DNA of 62,644 bases, filler included, from Asterionella formosa (taxonomy: Eukaryota), in the NCBI GenBank assembly GCA_002256025.1. It is 5 parts of 5 records of this genome, joined end to end, with 100 filler letters (N's around TTAATTAATTAA, not from the genome) between each part and the next. Parts side by side here need not be neighbours in the genome. Positions count along the whole stretch, not along the records: positions 28,586 to 57,038 come from NKIB01001221.1; 4 more parts are not named here. One strand, 5' to 3'. This document shows, piece by piece, positions 39,406 through 51,564 of the stretch (position 1 is the stretch's first letter; each line of letters begins with the position of its first letter). Below the pieces are notes generated by a model that searched no databases, was not told where the DNA came from, and worked only from the letters and a program-made list of their open reading frames with translations. The translations under genes and the position numbers were made by a program.

Positions 39406-40314
39406 CTACAACTTGGATCTTGGCCCTTGAGCTCTGCTCTTGGCTTCCACCTGTCGCGACAACTCTGCCACCATTTCTCTCGGGACCATGGGTGGTTTGT
39501 ACAACCACTGTCCGCCATCCACTACCAGCACATCTCCCGTCACATAGCTCCCAGCGTCACAACACAGATATACTGCCGCCATTCCAATATCCCATGTTGT
39601 TCCCATTCGTCCTAAAGGAATGCCCTCCTTGATCATATCGTCTAGACCGCTGTCGCTGGGAGCCAATTTCGTCGTCCCCGGTGTATTCGCAATAGGCCCT
39701 GGAGCAATTCCCACCACACGAATCTGATGAACTCCCCATTCAAGTGCCAATGTCCGAGTTAACGAGTCCACTGCGCTTTTGGCAGCACTGGCGTGGACTT
39801 GGTACCATGTCGCACCATATTGGAGCGTAGCGGAAATGTTCAGTACCACTCCCCCTCTAGCTTCACAAAGGGCAGGAAAGGATGCATGACACATGTTAAA
39901 GGTTCCTTGAGCGTCAATCTCCATCACAGTCTTGAATCCCTTGGGTGACAATTGCGACGCTTCTGATAAGAAATTACCAGCGGCTCCATTGACCAGAATG
40001 TCCAACCTTCCAAATTGCTGCACTGTGTATGCTACGGCATTGGCACATGCCACACTGTCTCTGACATCCACCACGTGATACAACACCTTGCCATTCGTGT
40101 CTTGCTCCAACATACGCGCCGCCTCGATCAGGAACGTTTCTCGACGCCCGCAAATCACAGCGCCCGAGCAACCATGAAGCAGCAACTGACGCGTGATTTC
40201 AAAGCAAATACCAGAGCCTCCACCTGTTACCAAGACGACCTTGGACCGGAGGCAGTCAGAATTGAATGGGGAAAGCGGGGACATGTGGATGCTTTGCTTG
40301 CTTGCTTGTTGCAT
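39406..40314 (-). CDS. DECR2: Peroxisomal 2,4-dienoyl-CoA reductase (SDR)
   Basis: TGGGSGI, LVNGAAGNF, HASAAK and IAPGPI motifs; C-terminal SKL (PTS1). Confidence 0.93.
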   Translation of the reverse strand: MQQASKQSIHMSPLSPFNSDCLRSKVVLVTGGGSGICFEITRQLLLHGCSGAVICGRRETFLIEAARMLEQDTNGKVLYHVVDVRDSVACANAVAYTVQQFGRLDILVNGAAGNFLSEASQLSPKGFKTVMEIDAQGTFNMCHASFPALCEARGGVVLNISATLQYGATWYQVHASAAKSAVDSLTRTLALEWGVHQIRVVGIAPGPIANTPGTTKLAPSDSGLDDMIKEGIPLGRMGTTWDIGMAAVYLCCDAGSYVTGDVLVVDGGQWLYKPPMVPREMVAELSRQVEAKSRAQGPRSKL

Positions 40315-40758
40315 GCAGAATCTTGCTGATCCATGGATTTATACTAGCGATGACACATCACCATCATGCGGACGCACAGCATTGCAGCATGAGGATTGAA
40401 GTGCCATCAGTGCTGATGACGATTCCAGATTTAATTAATGCATTCTTTGTTACTGAGTCTGATGCATATGTACTGAACAATGCAGTACAAACCTGTATGT
40501 AGGCTACTACATCATCAACAACCCTCCGAACTAAATAAGATGGCCCGCCTCCGTAATTGAATTGACTACCGGTATGTCCAATCTTTTATATAGACATGCA
40601 GTCTTGTTTAACGTTATTCATAACGGTCGTTGCTTGTTTCACTGCATCTCTTCCTCCTACATGCATGCACAGCCATTCCATGGTGTTAATACATAAAACA
40701 GACCTTCGAGGATCAGCTATCAATCGTTTCGGCTTTCGATTCCTCCAGCACCCTCAAC

Positions 40759-43700
40759 ATGGACGACCAAGGCAATGCAAATTCAGCTACCGGTGAGGTA
40801 CCCGAAGAACCTACCAATGCCATGACAGAGAAACCGCCAGCGGCTGTCGAACAGCAAGGCACCAATGACACGGAATTTGACTCTGGTGAACACAAGCAAG
40901 GGGCAGCCAAAGACGACTACGTTATTGGATGCGACAATGCATTTACTATTCAGGTCAAGGCAGTGGAAGAACAAAATACGGAAATTATCACCGCTATTCC
41001 ACCGACGAGCACTGAAGTTGGAATATCATTCGACGAAACGACGGCCAATGAATTGCTTCCAGATGCCGTGCTTCCAACGGATTCTCCCTTGAGCGGTTCG
41101 ACTCAAATAGAATCAACGAAACAAAACGATGCTTTGTCTCCTAGTGAATTATCGAGACAGCTGTCACGTGAACACAGTCTCATGGACAATGAAAATGAAG
41201 AAGAAGATGATCCTGGCACGGACTGTCCTGCAGTAATATCTGTCGACAATGGTGAAGCCATGAAGGAGCACGACCATACCAAAAAAGAGGAGCAAAGCTT
41301 GGGAGCTCAAATACTAATGAATCGATTTTCTAGTTGGCGACAAATTGCAACGGAAACTGTCACCACAAACGCACAAACAATTTTGCAGTCCAAGGTTGGT
41401 CAGCAACTTGCCAACAGGGCAAACGAAACCACAAGAACATTGAACGCCACAACGAAAACGTTATTCGCAAGTAAACACACTCCATCTTCTTCCACGAGTG
41501 AGGAAGTCGAAGAATCGTCGTCCTTGGAAGAAGAGGGCACAGCCACAGAGGAGGACCGCGTGGATGAGGAGATTAGCCAAGGGTCGACCGACGACGACGA
41601 GGGTCCTGCAGTGGTGGCAGCCGTGGCCGTCCGATCGGCTGCTCACGTTGCGACGAGTGTGGTGGAATCCGTAGCCACTGGATTTCGTGGTAGATACAAT
41701 GCACCCGACGGAGAGCAGCTGCCACCATCAGCACGCGGTGGGACACAGTCCCAGACTGCCTTGATTTTGCAGAGTCGGGCTGCATCTCATATGCAAGGGA
41801 TTTTAGGATCTCTGGATGAGTCACATGAATACGTCATGTTACTTGGGAATGGAATGCTTGGTGTCACTTTGAAGCAGTCGTTTCTAAAAAATCATGGTGT
41901 TTATGTTGATTATCTAGTTAGAGACGGACATGCTTACAAATCGGCTGTAGTGCACGTGGGAGACACAATTGTCAAGGTCGGAGATCAAGATGTGACGCGA
42001 GGGTCTATTTTAAATATCCCACAAACCATCGCAAAATCGAAGAGGCCTGTTGTATTGGTGTTGAGCACTGGTCAAAAGACGACATTAGATAGAGTCAATT
42101 ATGTTGATATCGCCATTGCCATGATGCACAGGATTCGTGCCGATCAAAATCAGCGACGAGATATTTCTCGAATGCCGCTCAATATTTCAACTAATTTGGT
42201 TGGTGATACAAGAAACGCAAATCCGGAAAATGACGATGAGCCACCACTTGACTGGTCGGTTCCTGCTCATTCACTCGATTCTCCAAATCCTGCTAATGTT
42301 CCTTCATTGCCAATCGCGGCGAAGGCAACTCTATCAAGACATTTGCCGAAGAGAGGCAACGACAAATTTTCTCTCTCCATGCTATTGCAAGCCAAAGCCA
42401 GCATAAGCAACTTTCAAACTATTCTGAAATACGCCTTTATCATGTGCGCAATGGATGGACGGCGACTTCCTTTCTTGTCGGCTCATTTGTCATCAGAAAA
42501 TTCAATAGAAGCCGAGGACCTCAAGGCCAACGAAGATTCACAGAAAACAACTGCAAGTACGCAGCTCATGTTGTTTCTTGAGCTCATTTCGTTTGTAGAG
42601 CTGTATGATGCGACGCCTTTAGGAAGACATAGAGATATTGCCAAGAAGATCGCTTATAAATTTTTTCTACCAACTCGAATCGGAACCAAAATGGAGCAGC
42701 CCATGTTTGACTTTTCGCATATCGTGACCAAGGCCGATTTAAATGCACTTGTCATGGCGATTAACGACAAGAATGCGTCCATACCACGCAGCCTATTCCT
42801 GTCATTTCAGCATGCTACGGTTGAGGCACTGTCCGGAGCTCCATTTCTGAATTTCCTGATGTCGAATGATTGCGCTAGAATGAGGGGCTATCTTCGCAAC
42901 ACTGCTCCATACCAAACCATTTCTCCAACAGCAATCATTGACGCCATTGTTCAAAAAAACAGTCACGACGCGCACAATCATTTCATGTATACTTTACTAC
43001 ATTTGCTCTGTCAGAACGAACGAGATGTCGGGGGAGAAAATAGCGATATCATGCCTGAAAAGGCAGAACGTGTCCTTGGAGCGGCAGGTGGACTCTGCTG
43101 CGCTGTGTTTATAAAGACGAGATTGCATCGTATCATTGAAATGTCAAGGCCATTGGTCGATACTTCGTTGTCGACGAATTTTCATTCCGAGGATTTTAGT
43201 GCATTGATTACCGCATTTGATTTTCTTTGGGAAGTCTTTGTATCACCGGATGGTGGTGCTGTCTCGACGTTGCCTCATTCCAATGAAACGGATGACTCGT
43301 TGGGAGTAGTAAGAAGGATTCTGGAGGATGCTGCGTCCTTGGATAAGACAGCTCTTTCTCCGTTCCTTGTCGATTCGAAACTCCACTTAGCCCTCGATAG
43401 GCTTGCAGGCGACTTGGTGTATGATTACGCAGTCAATACTTACCCAAAATTCAAGGAGCACAAATTCCATGAATGGCTGTGCACCGAGGTAACAAACGGT
43501 AGCTCCTTGAAGCAAGATAACATGGAAGCAAGTATCCCGCCAATGTTAGAAGGATCTGTGAAGCGCCTACTGCGCAAGGCTGAGCTTCCAACGGGACTTT
43601 CGGCTCACAAGCCAACTCGGCAAGTCACAATGATACAAGAAGGCATTGGTGGTTCAGTTGAACCTGTATGTGACGCGAAGACAGAGTCTAGAGGGGCTCA

Positions 43701-45555
43701 ATCATCGGGCCCCAACGAGATGTCGACGTATCCAAACGCACAAATTGCCGTCGTTTTTGGTACCGATGATGGTCTCGACGCCGAACGAGTGCCAAATCCA
43801 GCAATGGACCACTATGACATAAGGCGCTACGTTGTTCAGGCCGTGGAATTGGAAGGGCTTGCTTCCAAATCAGTCACCACTTGTCGAATTCCTCCTACAT
43901 TAGAAAGTTATGCTACCGTCCCACTTCTAAGACGTACGCCTTTTTCCAAAGTTGCGGATCAGGCGAGAGTCAGTGCCGATGGATGGGAAGTTTCACTCGT
44001 TGATTTCATGATTCCTAGTGCAGACTCATCAGGAGTTGAGAATGCTTCTCTATTCGGTGTTTCGCTCGTATTTCAAAGAAAGGACTTGGTTGGCATTGAT
44101 GTTACTAATAATCAGCTGCCCAGCATGAAACTGATTTTTGATTCTGACTCAGTAGGTAACCCAGAAACACCCGCGAAGCAAAATACTGAGGAAGTAGTAT
44201 ACGACAAAGATTCAGGAGAAACCATTGAAATTGGCGCCTTTGCATCTCCCATTTCTTTCTTTTTCTCGGAGGAGGCTGGTGCCGATGAGCCACTCCAAGA
44301 TTCGGAATGCACAATTAAAGTCTCAACTGACACGCCAACTTTCAATCGTAGGCTTGGTAGTGGGTCGTGGTTAGCAAGAATTGAGCGACATCGTGCTACA
44401 TTAGTCAAAAAACCGTCGGTTACAATCGGAGTCGCTCTGGTGAGCTCTCAAAACGTCATCTTCGCCATGAGAAATACTTTGTCGCGTCTTCTTATCGACT
44501 TCAAGAAAGCAAGCGGACCAAACTATTCAACGCTGAAATGCACTCCTCTGGTGGAAATCCTGGGAAATTTCTCTCATCAGGATGTCGAGAAATATTCATT
44601 GAAATGCATCCTTGAACCGTACCTTCGCTTCGGGTCCAGACCATGGATTGAGAGACCCTTAAGGAACCAGATAGCAGAATACGATCTCGCCGCCGGGCAG
44701 CAGCTCGTTGAGAGTCTTCCCCATATTCCACTGGGTTTGCTTTTCGTGGCTATGTTGCTCGAGCAAAAGATAATTATTTCATCGAGCCGCCGGAGCAGTC
44801 TTCTGGCAGCAATGACTGGAGTTATTCAGTTGCTGCAACCTTTGAAATGGGCACACTTGTTGGTGCCGTTGGCCCCTGTCGCCCTCGCTAGAGATCTTCT
44901 GCAATATCCTGCTCCCTTCATAATTGGGCTACCCTCTGAAGATCCCGGTAACATGACTTTGTTAAATAATCTTCCCGATGATGTCACGCTAGTCGACCTT
45001 GACGTTGGCCGCGTAATTTTGGCTCCTACAATTGCCTACGACGAGGCACTGTTGCGGGAAAGTGAAGACCGGGTCACAGCCGGAGGAGCCCTTCGGTCCC
45101 AGATACTTTATTTGGCTCAATCACTTGGAGTTTTGTTTGGGTCGAAGCTTCGAGCACGGACATGGTGCAGTGACAGCCCATTATCCGTTGTTGTGCCCAA
45201 ACAAATTGAATTGAAATCCGACTTTGAAGTGTTAAAAGAGGTTTGTCAAGCATTCGTGACCGAGTTGCTGGCAGGAGCATCATCTTGCTGCTATTGGATA
45301 GAAGAAGCAAAACTTGTTGCAGCCCCAATTTCTGGCGATCTGGAGTGTACCGTCCTCTTTGATGAAGATAGATTCTTCAACGTCAAGAACTTTCGCGCAC
45401 TACACGGCAGCGTATCTTTATTTGGAAGCAAAGCCGCGGCTGATTTTGCAATGAGTCTCGATGATTTTGACTTAATTATTGAATGCTTCCTGAGATGCCA
45501 AAGTATGAGTACATTTATCAGTTCTAGAAAAAAAACTGAGATGGCTTTTTGCTGA
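40759..45555 (+). CDS. PDZ + RGS-like + DENN domain protein (putative Rab GEF)
   Basis: PDZ (MLGVTL...VHVGDTIVKVGDQDV); RGS-like (LMLFLELISF...AKKIAYKFF); cDENN (LLEQKIIISS...LLQPLKWAHLLVPLAP..LLQYPAPFIIG...LVDLD). Confidence 0.85.
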   Translation: MDDQGNANSATGEVPEEPTNAMTEKPPAAVEQQGTNDTEFDSGEHKQGAAKDDYVIGCDNAFTIQVKAVEEQNTEIITAIPPTSTEVGISFDETTANELLPDAVLPTDSPLSGSTQIESTKQNDALSPSELSRQLSREHSLMDNENEEEDDPGTDCPAVISVDNGEAMKEHDHTKKEEQSLGAQILMNRFSSWRQIATETVTTNAQTILQSKVGQQLANRANETTRTLNATTKTLFASKHTPSSSTSEEVEESSSLEEEGTATEEDRVDEEISQGSTDDDEGPAVVAAVAVRSAAHVATSVVESVATGFRGRYNAPDGEQLPPSARGGTQSQTALILQSRAASHMQGILGSLDESHEYVMLLGNGMLGVTLKQSFLKNHGVYVDYLVRDGHAYKSAVVHVGDTIVKVGDQDVTRGSILNIPQTIAKSKRPVVLVLSTGQKTTLDRVNYVDIAIAMMHRIRADQNQRRDISRMPLNISTNLVGDTRNANPENDDEPPLDWSVPAHSLDSPNPANVPSLPIAAKATLSRHLPKRGNDKFSLSMLLQAKASISNFQTILKYAFIMCAMDGRRLPFLSAHLSSENSIEAEDLKANEDSQKTTASTQLMLFLELISFVELYDATPLGRHRDIAKKIAYKFFLPTRIGTKMEQPMFDFSHIVTKADLNALVMAINDKNASIPRSLFLSFQHATVEALSGAPFLNFLMSNDCARMRGYLRNTAPYQTISPTAIIDAIVQKNSHDAHNHFMYTLLHLLCQNERDVGGENSDIMPEKAERVLGAAGGLCCAVFIKTRLHRIIEMSRPLVDTSLSTNFHSEDFSALITAFDFLWEVFVSPDGGAVSTLPHSNETDDSLGVVRRILEDAASLDKTALSPFLVDSKLHLALDRLAGDLVYDYAVNTYPKFKEHKFHEWLCTEVTNGSSLKQDNMEASIPPMLEGSVKRLLRKAELPTGLSAHKPTRQVTMIQEGIGGSVEPVCDAKTESRGAQSSGPNEMSTYPNAQIAVVFGTDDGLDAERVPNPAMDHYDIRRYVVQAVELEGLASKSVTTCRIPPTLESYATVPLLRRTPFSKVADQARVSADGWEVSLVDFMIPSADSSGVENASLFGVSLVFQRKDLVGIDVTNNQLPSMKLIFDSDSVGNPETPAKQNTEEVVYDKDSGETIEIGAFASPISFFFSEEAGADEPLQDSECTIKVSTDTPTFNRRLGSGSWLARIERHRATLVKKPSVTIGVALVSSQNVIFAMRNTLSRLLIDFKKASGPNYSTLKCTPLVEILGNFSHQDVEKYSLKCILEPYLRFGSRPWIERPLRNQIAEYDLAAGQQLVESLPHIPLGLLFVAMLLEQKIIISSSRRSSLLAAMTGVIQLLQPLKWAHLLVPLAPVALARDLLQYPAPFIIGLPSEDPGNMTLLNNLPDDVTLVDLDVGRVILAPTIAYDEALLRESEDRVTAGGALRSQILYLAQSLGVLFGSKLRARTWCSDSPLSVVVPKQIELKSDFEVLKEVCQAFVTELLAGASSCCYWIEEAKLVAAPISGDLECTVLFDEDRFFNVKNFRALHGSVSLFGSKAAADFAMSLDDFDLIIECFLRCQSMSTFISSRKKTEMAFC

Positions 45556-45950
45556 AGAACTGGCAAGGCGAGTTCATCCTAGTATCTCTCTTCTTCGCGT
45601 ATTTCTTGGATGAACGAGTCAATCAGACACTTCAATCGACCTGAAGTTGACGGCTGGGTGTGAATGGCGACTCTTGAGCTATTTTCAGTTGATGACAAAG
45701 ACAGCACTAGAAATTGTGGATGGCATTTACCAGTTATCGCCAGTATCAAGCAATTGATCACTTCCCAACTGTTCTCTGTCCGAGTCGGCATAAAGTCCTG
45801 CAGTAACATAAATCGCAACAAAATCAGGCACTACATATGTACACTATTGAACATCAGGCATTGTATTTACATTCATGTTTCTAGACGTTGTAGAGGGTGA
45901 GCCAGGAGGGAGTCGATAGACTATAGACCTATACTCATCCTCTACTCAAC

Positions 45951-47592
45951 TCAATATGGTAAATTATGAATTGCACGATCATCGGAAAACAACTGTCGTG
46001 GCTTTTTGGTGGATGAGAATGGTGTGAATGGGGCAACGGTTGTTGTAAAAGGAGAAACGAAAAACTCGTCAACTTCAAAATATTGCTCGGATGTGTGTGT
46101 GGATTGGGAACACTCTTGAGTGATGGAACGTGGAGAAAAATACAATTCTTCTCGCGAGCGCTTGCCACTGCTGTATTCCCCAATAGATGGAATCTTAATC
46201 TTCGGAGCAGCGGACATGGACGAGAAAGAGGCGGTCGAAAGACACAATGTTGAATCGGTCGAAGAAGGAAAAACTGTCTGGATCCGTTCATGCTCGGGAA
46301 CCAAAATGGTGCTCTCGGGATGAGAGAAAAAGAACACCGAATTCAAGGCCTCTTCAACAGTTGGCCGTTGCTCGGGATTCCACTCTAAAAGGTCCTTCAT
46401 CAACTGGATTGCAGCAGATGGGATTTTGTTGGGGTTCGCGTTGACACGTTTCTCGAGAGTAGCACGGACAGATTTGGCTGGTGACTGGGGAAAACAAAAG
46501 CCGATCTTGGAAGCAAGTTCTAGGCCATAGGGCCACGTTGATGATGTTGGGCTACCAAGAACTTCGCAGAGCTTGTGCAACTGATCGATCTCATTTTCTC
46601 CAGGAAAAAGTGGAATGTGACTGAAGAGTTCAAAAGTGATACAACCAACTGCAAATAGATCAACTGGTTTACCGTAGTGCTTGCTCTGCAGCAAAATCTC
46701 GGGAGCGCGGTACCAACGGGTCGATACGTACTCGGTAAAGGTTTCGTGATTATTACTACATTCACGGGCCAAACCAAAATCTGCAACTTTGATCTTGTCG
46801 CCATGGCACAAAATGTTTTCTGGTTTGATGTCGCGATGAATATAGCCATTTTGGTGAAGGTGAGCAATGCCCTGGAGAATTTGATTCAAGATCGATTGGA
46901 TCCTCATTCCTGTCAATAAATTAATAGGATGCTTACTAGAAGCTGTCACAGGCATAGTACATTTCTTAATGAATTCGTAGAGATTGCCATCTGGCATGTA
47001 TTCAAAGACAAAATAGAGCTGCTCGTCTCTCTCACGAATGACCTCATAAAGCTGCACTATATTCTCGTGCTGACTTAGTTTCATTAAAGACTTAAGCTCG
47101 CGAAGCTCAGTACACTCTTGCCAAGTCGGAAAGGATCGTTTCATGTGCTTAACAGCAACCTGCGATAAAATTATACATGAATAATTATGTAGAAAATTGT
47201 GAGAAAAGGGGGACACGAGTGATGGATTATGATATTGAACAATAAAACTGAATCACGTTTTCTTATTAGTCGCTTCAAAATATCATTATATCTTTGTGAA
47301 TGTGCAACGAACTAATATAGTCGTTCCGACAAACATGTTTCAACATTGTGTAATGGAAGCTGCGGATCGCCTCGATCGTGTACCCCTGCCCTTCCATCTA
47401 GCTGAATTGGCTTCCATGTCCTCTTTTACAAATGATTCGATCCACAATATACTCGTTATAATGATAATACAAGCAAGGAATGAACAGGAAAAGAAATGGG
47501 CTTACCTGGTGTCCACGGAGCTTGTGATTCGCCAACATGACAATGCCGAACGAGCCCACGCCCAATGGGTTCATGATATTGTATCGATCCAT
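45951..47592 (-). CDS. MAK/ICK (RCK family) Ser/Thr kinase; exons 47592-47506, 47159-45951
   Basis: MDRY..LGVGSFG; intron 47160-47505 (GTAAG..GCAG); VAVKHMKR.F..WQEC..LRELKSL, HRDIKPEN, DFGLARE and TEYVSTRWYRAPE. Confidence 0.92.
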
Positions 47593-48562
47593 TTTCCGTG
47601 GTCCGTATCAGCCAGATACTACGAAAGAAAAGAATATGCAGTATAGCAAGGGTCAAAGAGGGCAAGATGAGACGGCAGACGGGATGAGTTGTCGTTTTCG
47701 ACGACAGATCATACAGTTTCACAGTATATTTATATATTCCGGCAGGTTGCCAATAAGAAATTAAGCAAAATACAAAAAGCGAATTTATGTACGGGGACAT
47801 TTCATAGTACAGATCTCCCATCTCCCATCAGAACAAAATATTCGGATCGGTATCACTATATACCGGTATCAGGTACCTGGTACCTGTACTCCGTCCGCGT
47901 ATAATAAAATATAGCGGTATACCGTATTTCTTTACTTTACGTAAAATGTGTATTCATTCACCAATATGCCGGATATTTTTTATACTTGCATACCAGGAAA
48001 TGATAAGAATATCATTCCTCCAGGAGTTGCATACCGGTAGTTGTGCCGCTGTAGATTTTGCATACTGAATAGTAAGTATATGGTGCGAACTTCAAATACT
48101 ATCAAGACAAGCCACCTCCTTACAGTGTACCAGTTTATCTATTGCTGTATATATGGTATTCTATGCATTCTATACATACTCGTTTTAATGATGATCTTAA
48201 GTATTTACGACATTAGGTGTCACGTACTTAATGCTTCCACAAATGCATATGTACCTGTAGTCTGCCGGTTCTTAAATACCGGTATGTAGGGAGTATCTAT
48301 TAGCAAGAAATGAATTACGATGATACTATCGAATAAGTCGAATCTTATCGTTGGGTGGGTTTTTACTTCAAAATAGACTGCAGCACTGTACAAGGATGTA
48401 TGTATGTACCGTTAGGCATCTAAATGTTTGTGATGATTTTATTTTTTATCATCATTAAAGAAATACTCGTACATATCATTTAGCATACAGTATACATGAA
48501 GCCAAGCTATGGCAAAAGAACCTTCTATCGGGTATCTTTCAGTATCGGGAATCGCTTACATT

Positions 48563-48830
48563 ACCGTAGTGATTTAGCCCGTTGCCTTTGATATGAGGTT
48601 GTGAGGGTTCGATTCTCGCAATTTTTTGAGAAGCAATTGTTGGGTTCGATTCCCACACTCCTTACTGTCCCGCATGGTCTTGCCTGGTACGCAAGAAATA
48701 GTGGGTTCCCCCCCCCCCTTACATGCAGCTGGTGCCACCTTCCTAGGTGGTCAGAGTTTCTCCTAATGCTGTGGCAAGCAAAGACAATCACCTTTCATGA
48801 AAGGTGGTTGGATACTCACCTATGCTAACA
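48563..48830 (+). mobile_element. Putative tRNA-derived SINE, copy 2
   Basis: TTGCCTTTGAT followed by two B-box-like motifs (GGTTCGATTCTC and GGTTCGATTCCC). Homologous to 7222-7495 (-). Confidence 0.55.
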
Positions 48831-49887
48831 CAGGTCTTGTTGGCAGGTAGCACAAAGAAATACTTGCTATAAAACATACTAGTATCTTTATTATTGTATT
48901 CTTACTGGTCACCATGATGAAACAACAATCAAGACCAACAGAAGCGATGCCAATGACATTTGCGATGGTGATATCCTTGGCCTGAGATCTATTTCAACAG
49001 CCAAAGCTGTGAGTTGCAAGCATGTTGTGGCACGATTATCAAGCTGAATGCTTACAGGCTTATAGGCAGTGCTGGCCTTGATGTTGTAGGCTTGCCGAAA
49101 GCATTCATAGAATTATTTTCGTCTGCTGCCTCATGATGCTGATGCAGAAATATTTCATGAATGTCATGATTCTGGTCCAATAATCATGTAAGTGATGTGA
49201 TAAGCTCATCTCAATTTCTATCACAATCCAAGTCGTAGAACCTACACAAATGTTAACCATTGTCGGAATAGGTACACAAGAGTACACACTTCTCTAGGAC
49301 TTACTATAAATGCCATCACGAAACACCAGAGCACCAAAAATATAAATTCTATCATTGATCCTAGAAACTGTTGGAACCTACAACAATACCATTACTATAT
49401 CTTTTAATGTTGCCATTGACGTTTCAGACTAATAAAGGAAAAAGTGGTGAAGCTGGTTTGCTAATATTATTTGATGATCAAAAAAGGTCCAATATCTTAT
49501 TCGCCCCAGTAAGTAAAACCAGTCGTTACTTTCTGCATTGAGGGATACGAGACACCACAGGTTTGACGGTACTGGTACCTGGTACCAGGTACCACAGATA
49601 TGGGCAGAGACGACCGAAGAAAGGCGAACATACGGACGAGACGCGCGGTAATTGTCGTGTCGAACTTGCTTCGACTGATTCCATAATAACAGTGTGGTGA
49701 ATACCGTAGTGGTGTTTCCTGTAAATATATATTTTACCAACGTACAAAATGATTTGACTTCTGTTATAACCTTTCTCTTTTCTTCGAATAAGAAAGCCGG
49801 TTTTCCAATCATCTCAACAACTGCATCAGCCTTGAAACGACAGAAACATCAATACTACCCAAAGCAAATCCACTTCATAAGAGAACA

Positions 49888-51564
49888 ATGAATGAGCCCG
49901 CTGACAAACTTTCACTGGAAGCAACGCAGAGCGAAGACGACGATATTTGTCCCATCTGCCTCTGTCCTCCTTCCGATGAGCTCCTGTTTGTGAAGGCTCC
50001 TTGCCAACATGAGTACTGCACGCCCTGTATTGAGCGTATACTTTTGAACAAACAACGCCCTCCTCCTTTCAGAGGCTTTTCCGAAAGCCCCGATTCGCAT
50101 CTTGCTGCTCCAACAAAGGCACGATGTCCTTATTGTCGCACAGAAATGACACTCTTCGAGCTGAAGGACAAGGAAGGAAACTATGCCTTCAAAACGAACA
50201 AAGAAATTGCCACTAGCCCAATTAGTGGGCTGGAATATGTGGAACTTGGTCGACACGATTCTTCGATCAAATACACTTTTCCCACGACTCCAGGGGTTCT
50301 TCCCTCATTGGCCGTTGTTCTAGGGGAGGAAAGCGAACCACAACTCACGCACTTTGACGAAGGGTGCCACTTTCACGAGAAATCTAATTCATTCCACGGT
50401 CGTCTCACTTGGCCAAGTGATAGACATGGGAACTTTCCTGAGGCTGCATGGATAGAGTCTACAGAAGTCATTTTTCAGTTTTCTTCTGATTTTAGATATG
50501 TTGCTTGGGGTGCACTTATTCACAAACCAAAACAAAATTATAGTGAGCTGTTTCCACTGGATGGTCGGTGGCGAGTGGAATGGGTCAATTCAGGAACTGC
50601 TCATATTCAAGTTCGATGTTCTATCTTTATGCACCTGGGATTCACTTACCAAATTGACACTTCCAATCCAAGACAACCGCAATTCTATTGGCCTTCAGAA
50701 CTTAATAGTGTCCTGCAAAAGGCACTTTCTGGAATCGACCTGGAGGCTCAACCCAAGGGTCCAAGAATTGGTCAGAGTGTAACTTGGAAAACAAGTCCAC
50801 ATGACGAGACCATAATCTGGACTCGAGAATCATTTTCTTCACTTGAACCAGCAGTGGAAATTATTGGGCCTGGTGCACGCTTGTTGAAGTGTCACAATGA
50901 TTCAATTGCTGCGCGGTCCATGCCTACTTATCATGCAAATGCATTATTTGGAAACACTTTTTGTCAGGCTCTTAAAGTGGGACTAGCTTCATATCATTTC
51001 TTGGAGGATGAGACTGCGTACATTAGCTATGAACACTCTGATTGTGGTCGCTGGCCACCACTTGATGATGGCACAATCGTTCCCTCTCGCGTTCCATTCC
51101 GAGAGACTCACTTTGACGCAGAAACACGATTGTTTCGAGGCAAAATTAAATGGAATGAAGACTATGCAACTTCTTGGCAAGGTTGCTCTGAATGGATGTA
51201 CGAAATGTATTTCGATGTGGAGTATACATGCATTCTGAGTGGTCGAGTCCTCTCGCAACTGATTCATGGAAACGAGGTTCCCCTAGAAATGTCAACTTAT
51301 GGTTTTGACCTGGTTTATATCAATGCCGCTGTCAAGGATTATTTTGATGCTATTGCAGAAAAAGACAATGAGGCGACACCATTGTTGGAAAGCACACACG
51401 ACCTTGATACTCAATTGATGCGCAGGTATACCAACATCCAGAAAACTGTCCGACACCGACTGCAAGTTCATAGGGCATCAGTTCGGACCATTGCACTTAT
51501 GTCTCGTGTTTTGACTGCAGTATATCAACCAGGTGTTTCTAATCCTATTGATTTCAACTTGTAG
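49888..51564 (+). CDS. RING-HC finger protein with uncharacterised C-terminal region
   Basis: CPIC...PCQHEYCTPC...CPYCR (C3HC4); 558-aa uninterrupted ORF. Confidence 0.82.
   Translation: MNEPADKLSLEATQSEDDDICPICLCPPSDELLFVKAPCQHEYCTPCIERILLNKQRPPPFRGFSESPDSHLAAPTKARCPYCRTEMTLFELKDKEGNYAFKTNKEIATSPISGLEYVELGRHDSSIKYTFPTTPGVLPSLAVVLGEESEPQLTHFDEGCHFHEKSNSFHGRLTWPSDRHGNFPEAAWIESTEVIFQFSSDFRYVAWGALIHKPKQNYSELFPLDGRWRVEWVNSGTAHIQVRCSIFMHLGFTYQIDTSNPRQPQFYWPSELNSVLQKALSGIDLEAQPKGPRIGQSVTWKTSPHDETIIWTRESFSSLEPAVEIIGPGARLLKCHNDSIAARSMPTYHANALFGNTFCQALKVGLASYHFLEDETAYISYEHSDCGRWPPLDDGTIVPSRVPFRETHFDAETRLFRGKIKWNEDYATSWQGCSEWMYEMYFDVEYTCILSGRVLSQLIHGNEVPLEMSTYGFDLVYINAAVKDYFDAIAEKDNEATPLLESTHDLDTQLMRRYTNIQKTVRHRLQVHRASVRTIALMSRVLTAVYQPGVSNPIDFNL

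Noticed and set aside
48563..48660. Possible functional tRNA gene
   Set aside because: I could not form a complete cloverleaf, and the homology extends ~200 bp beyond the tRNA-like part, which fits a SINE or pseudogene better.
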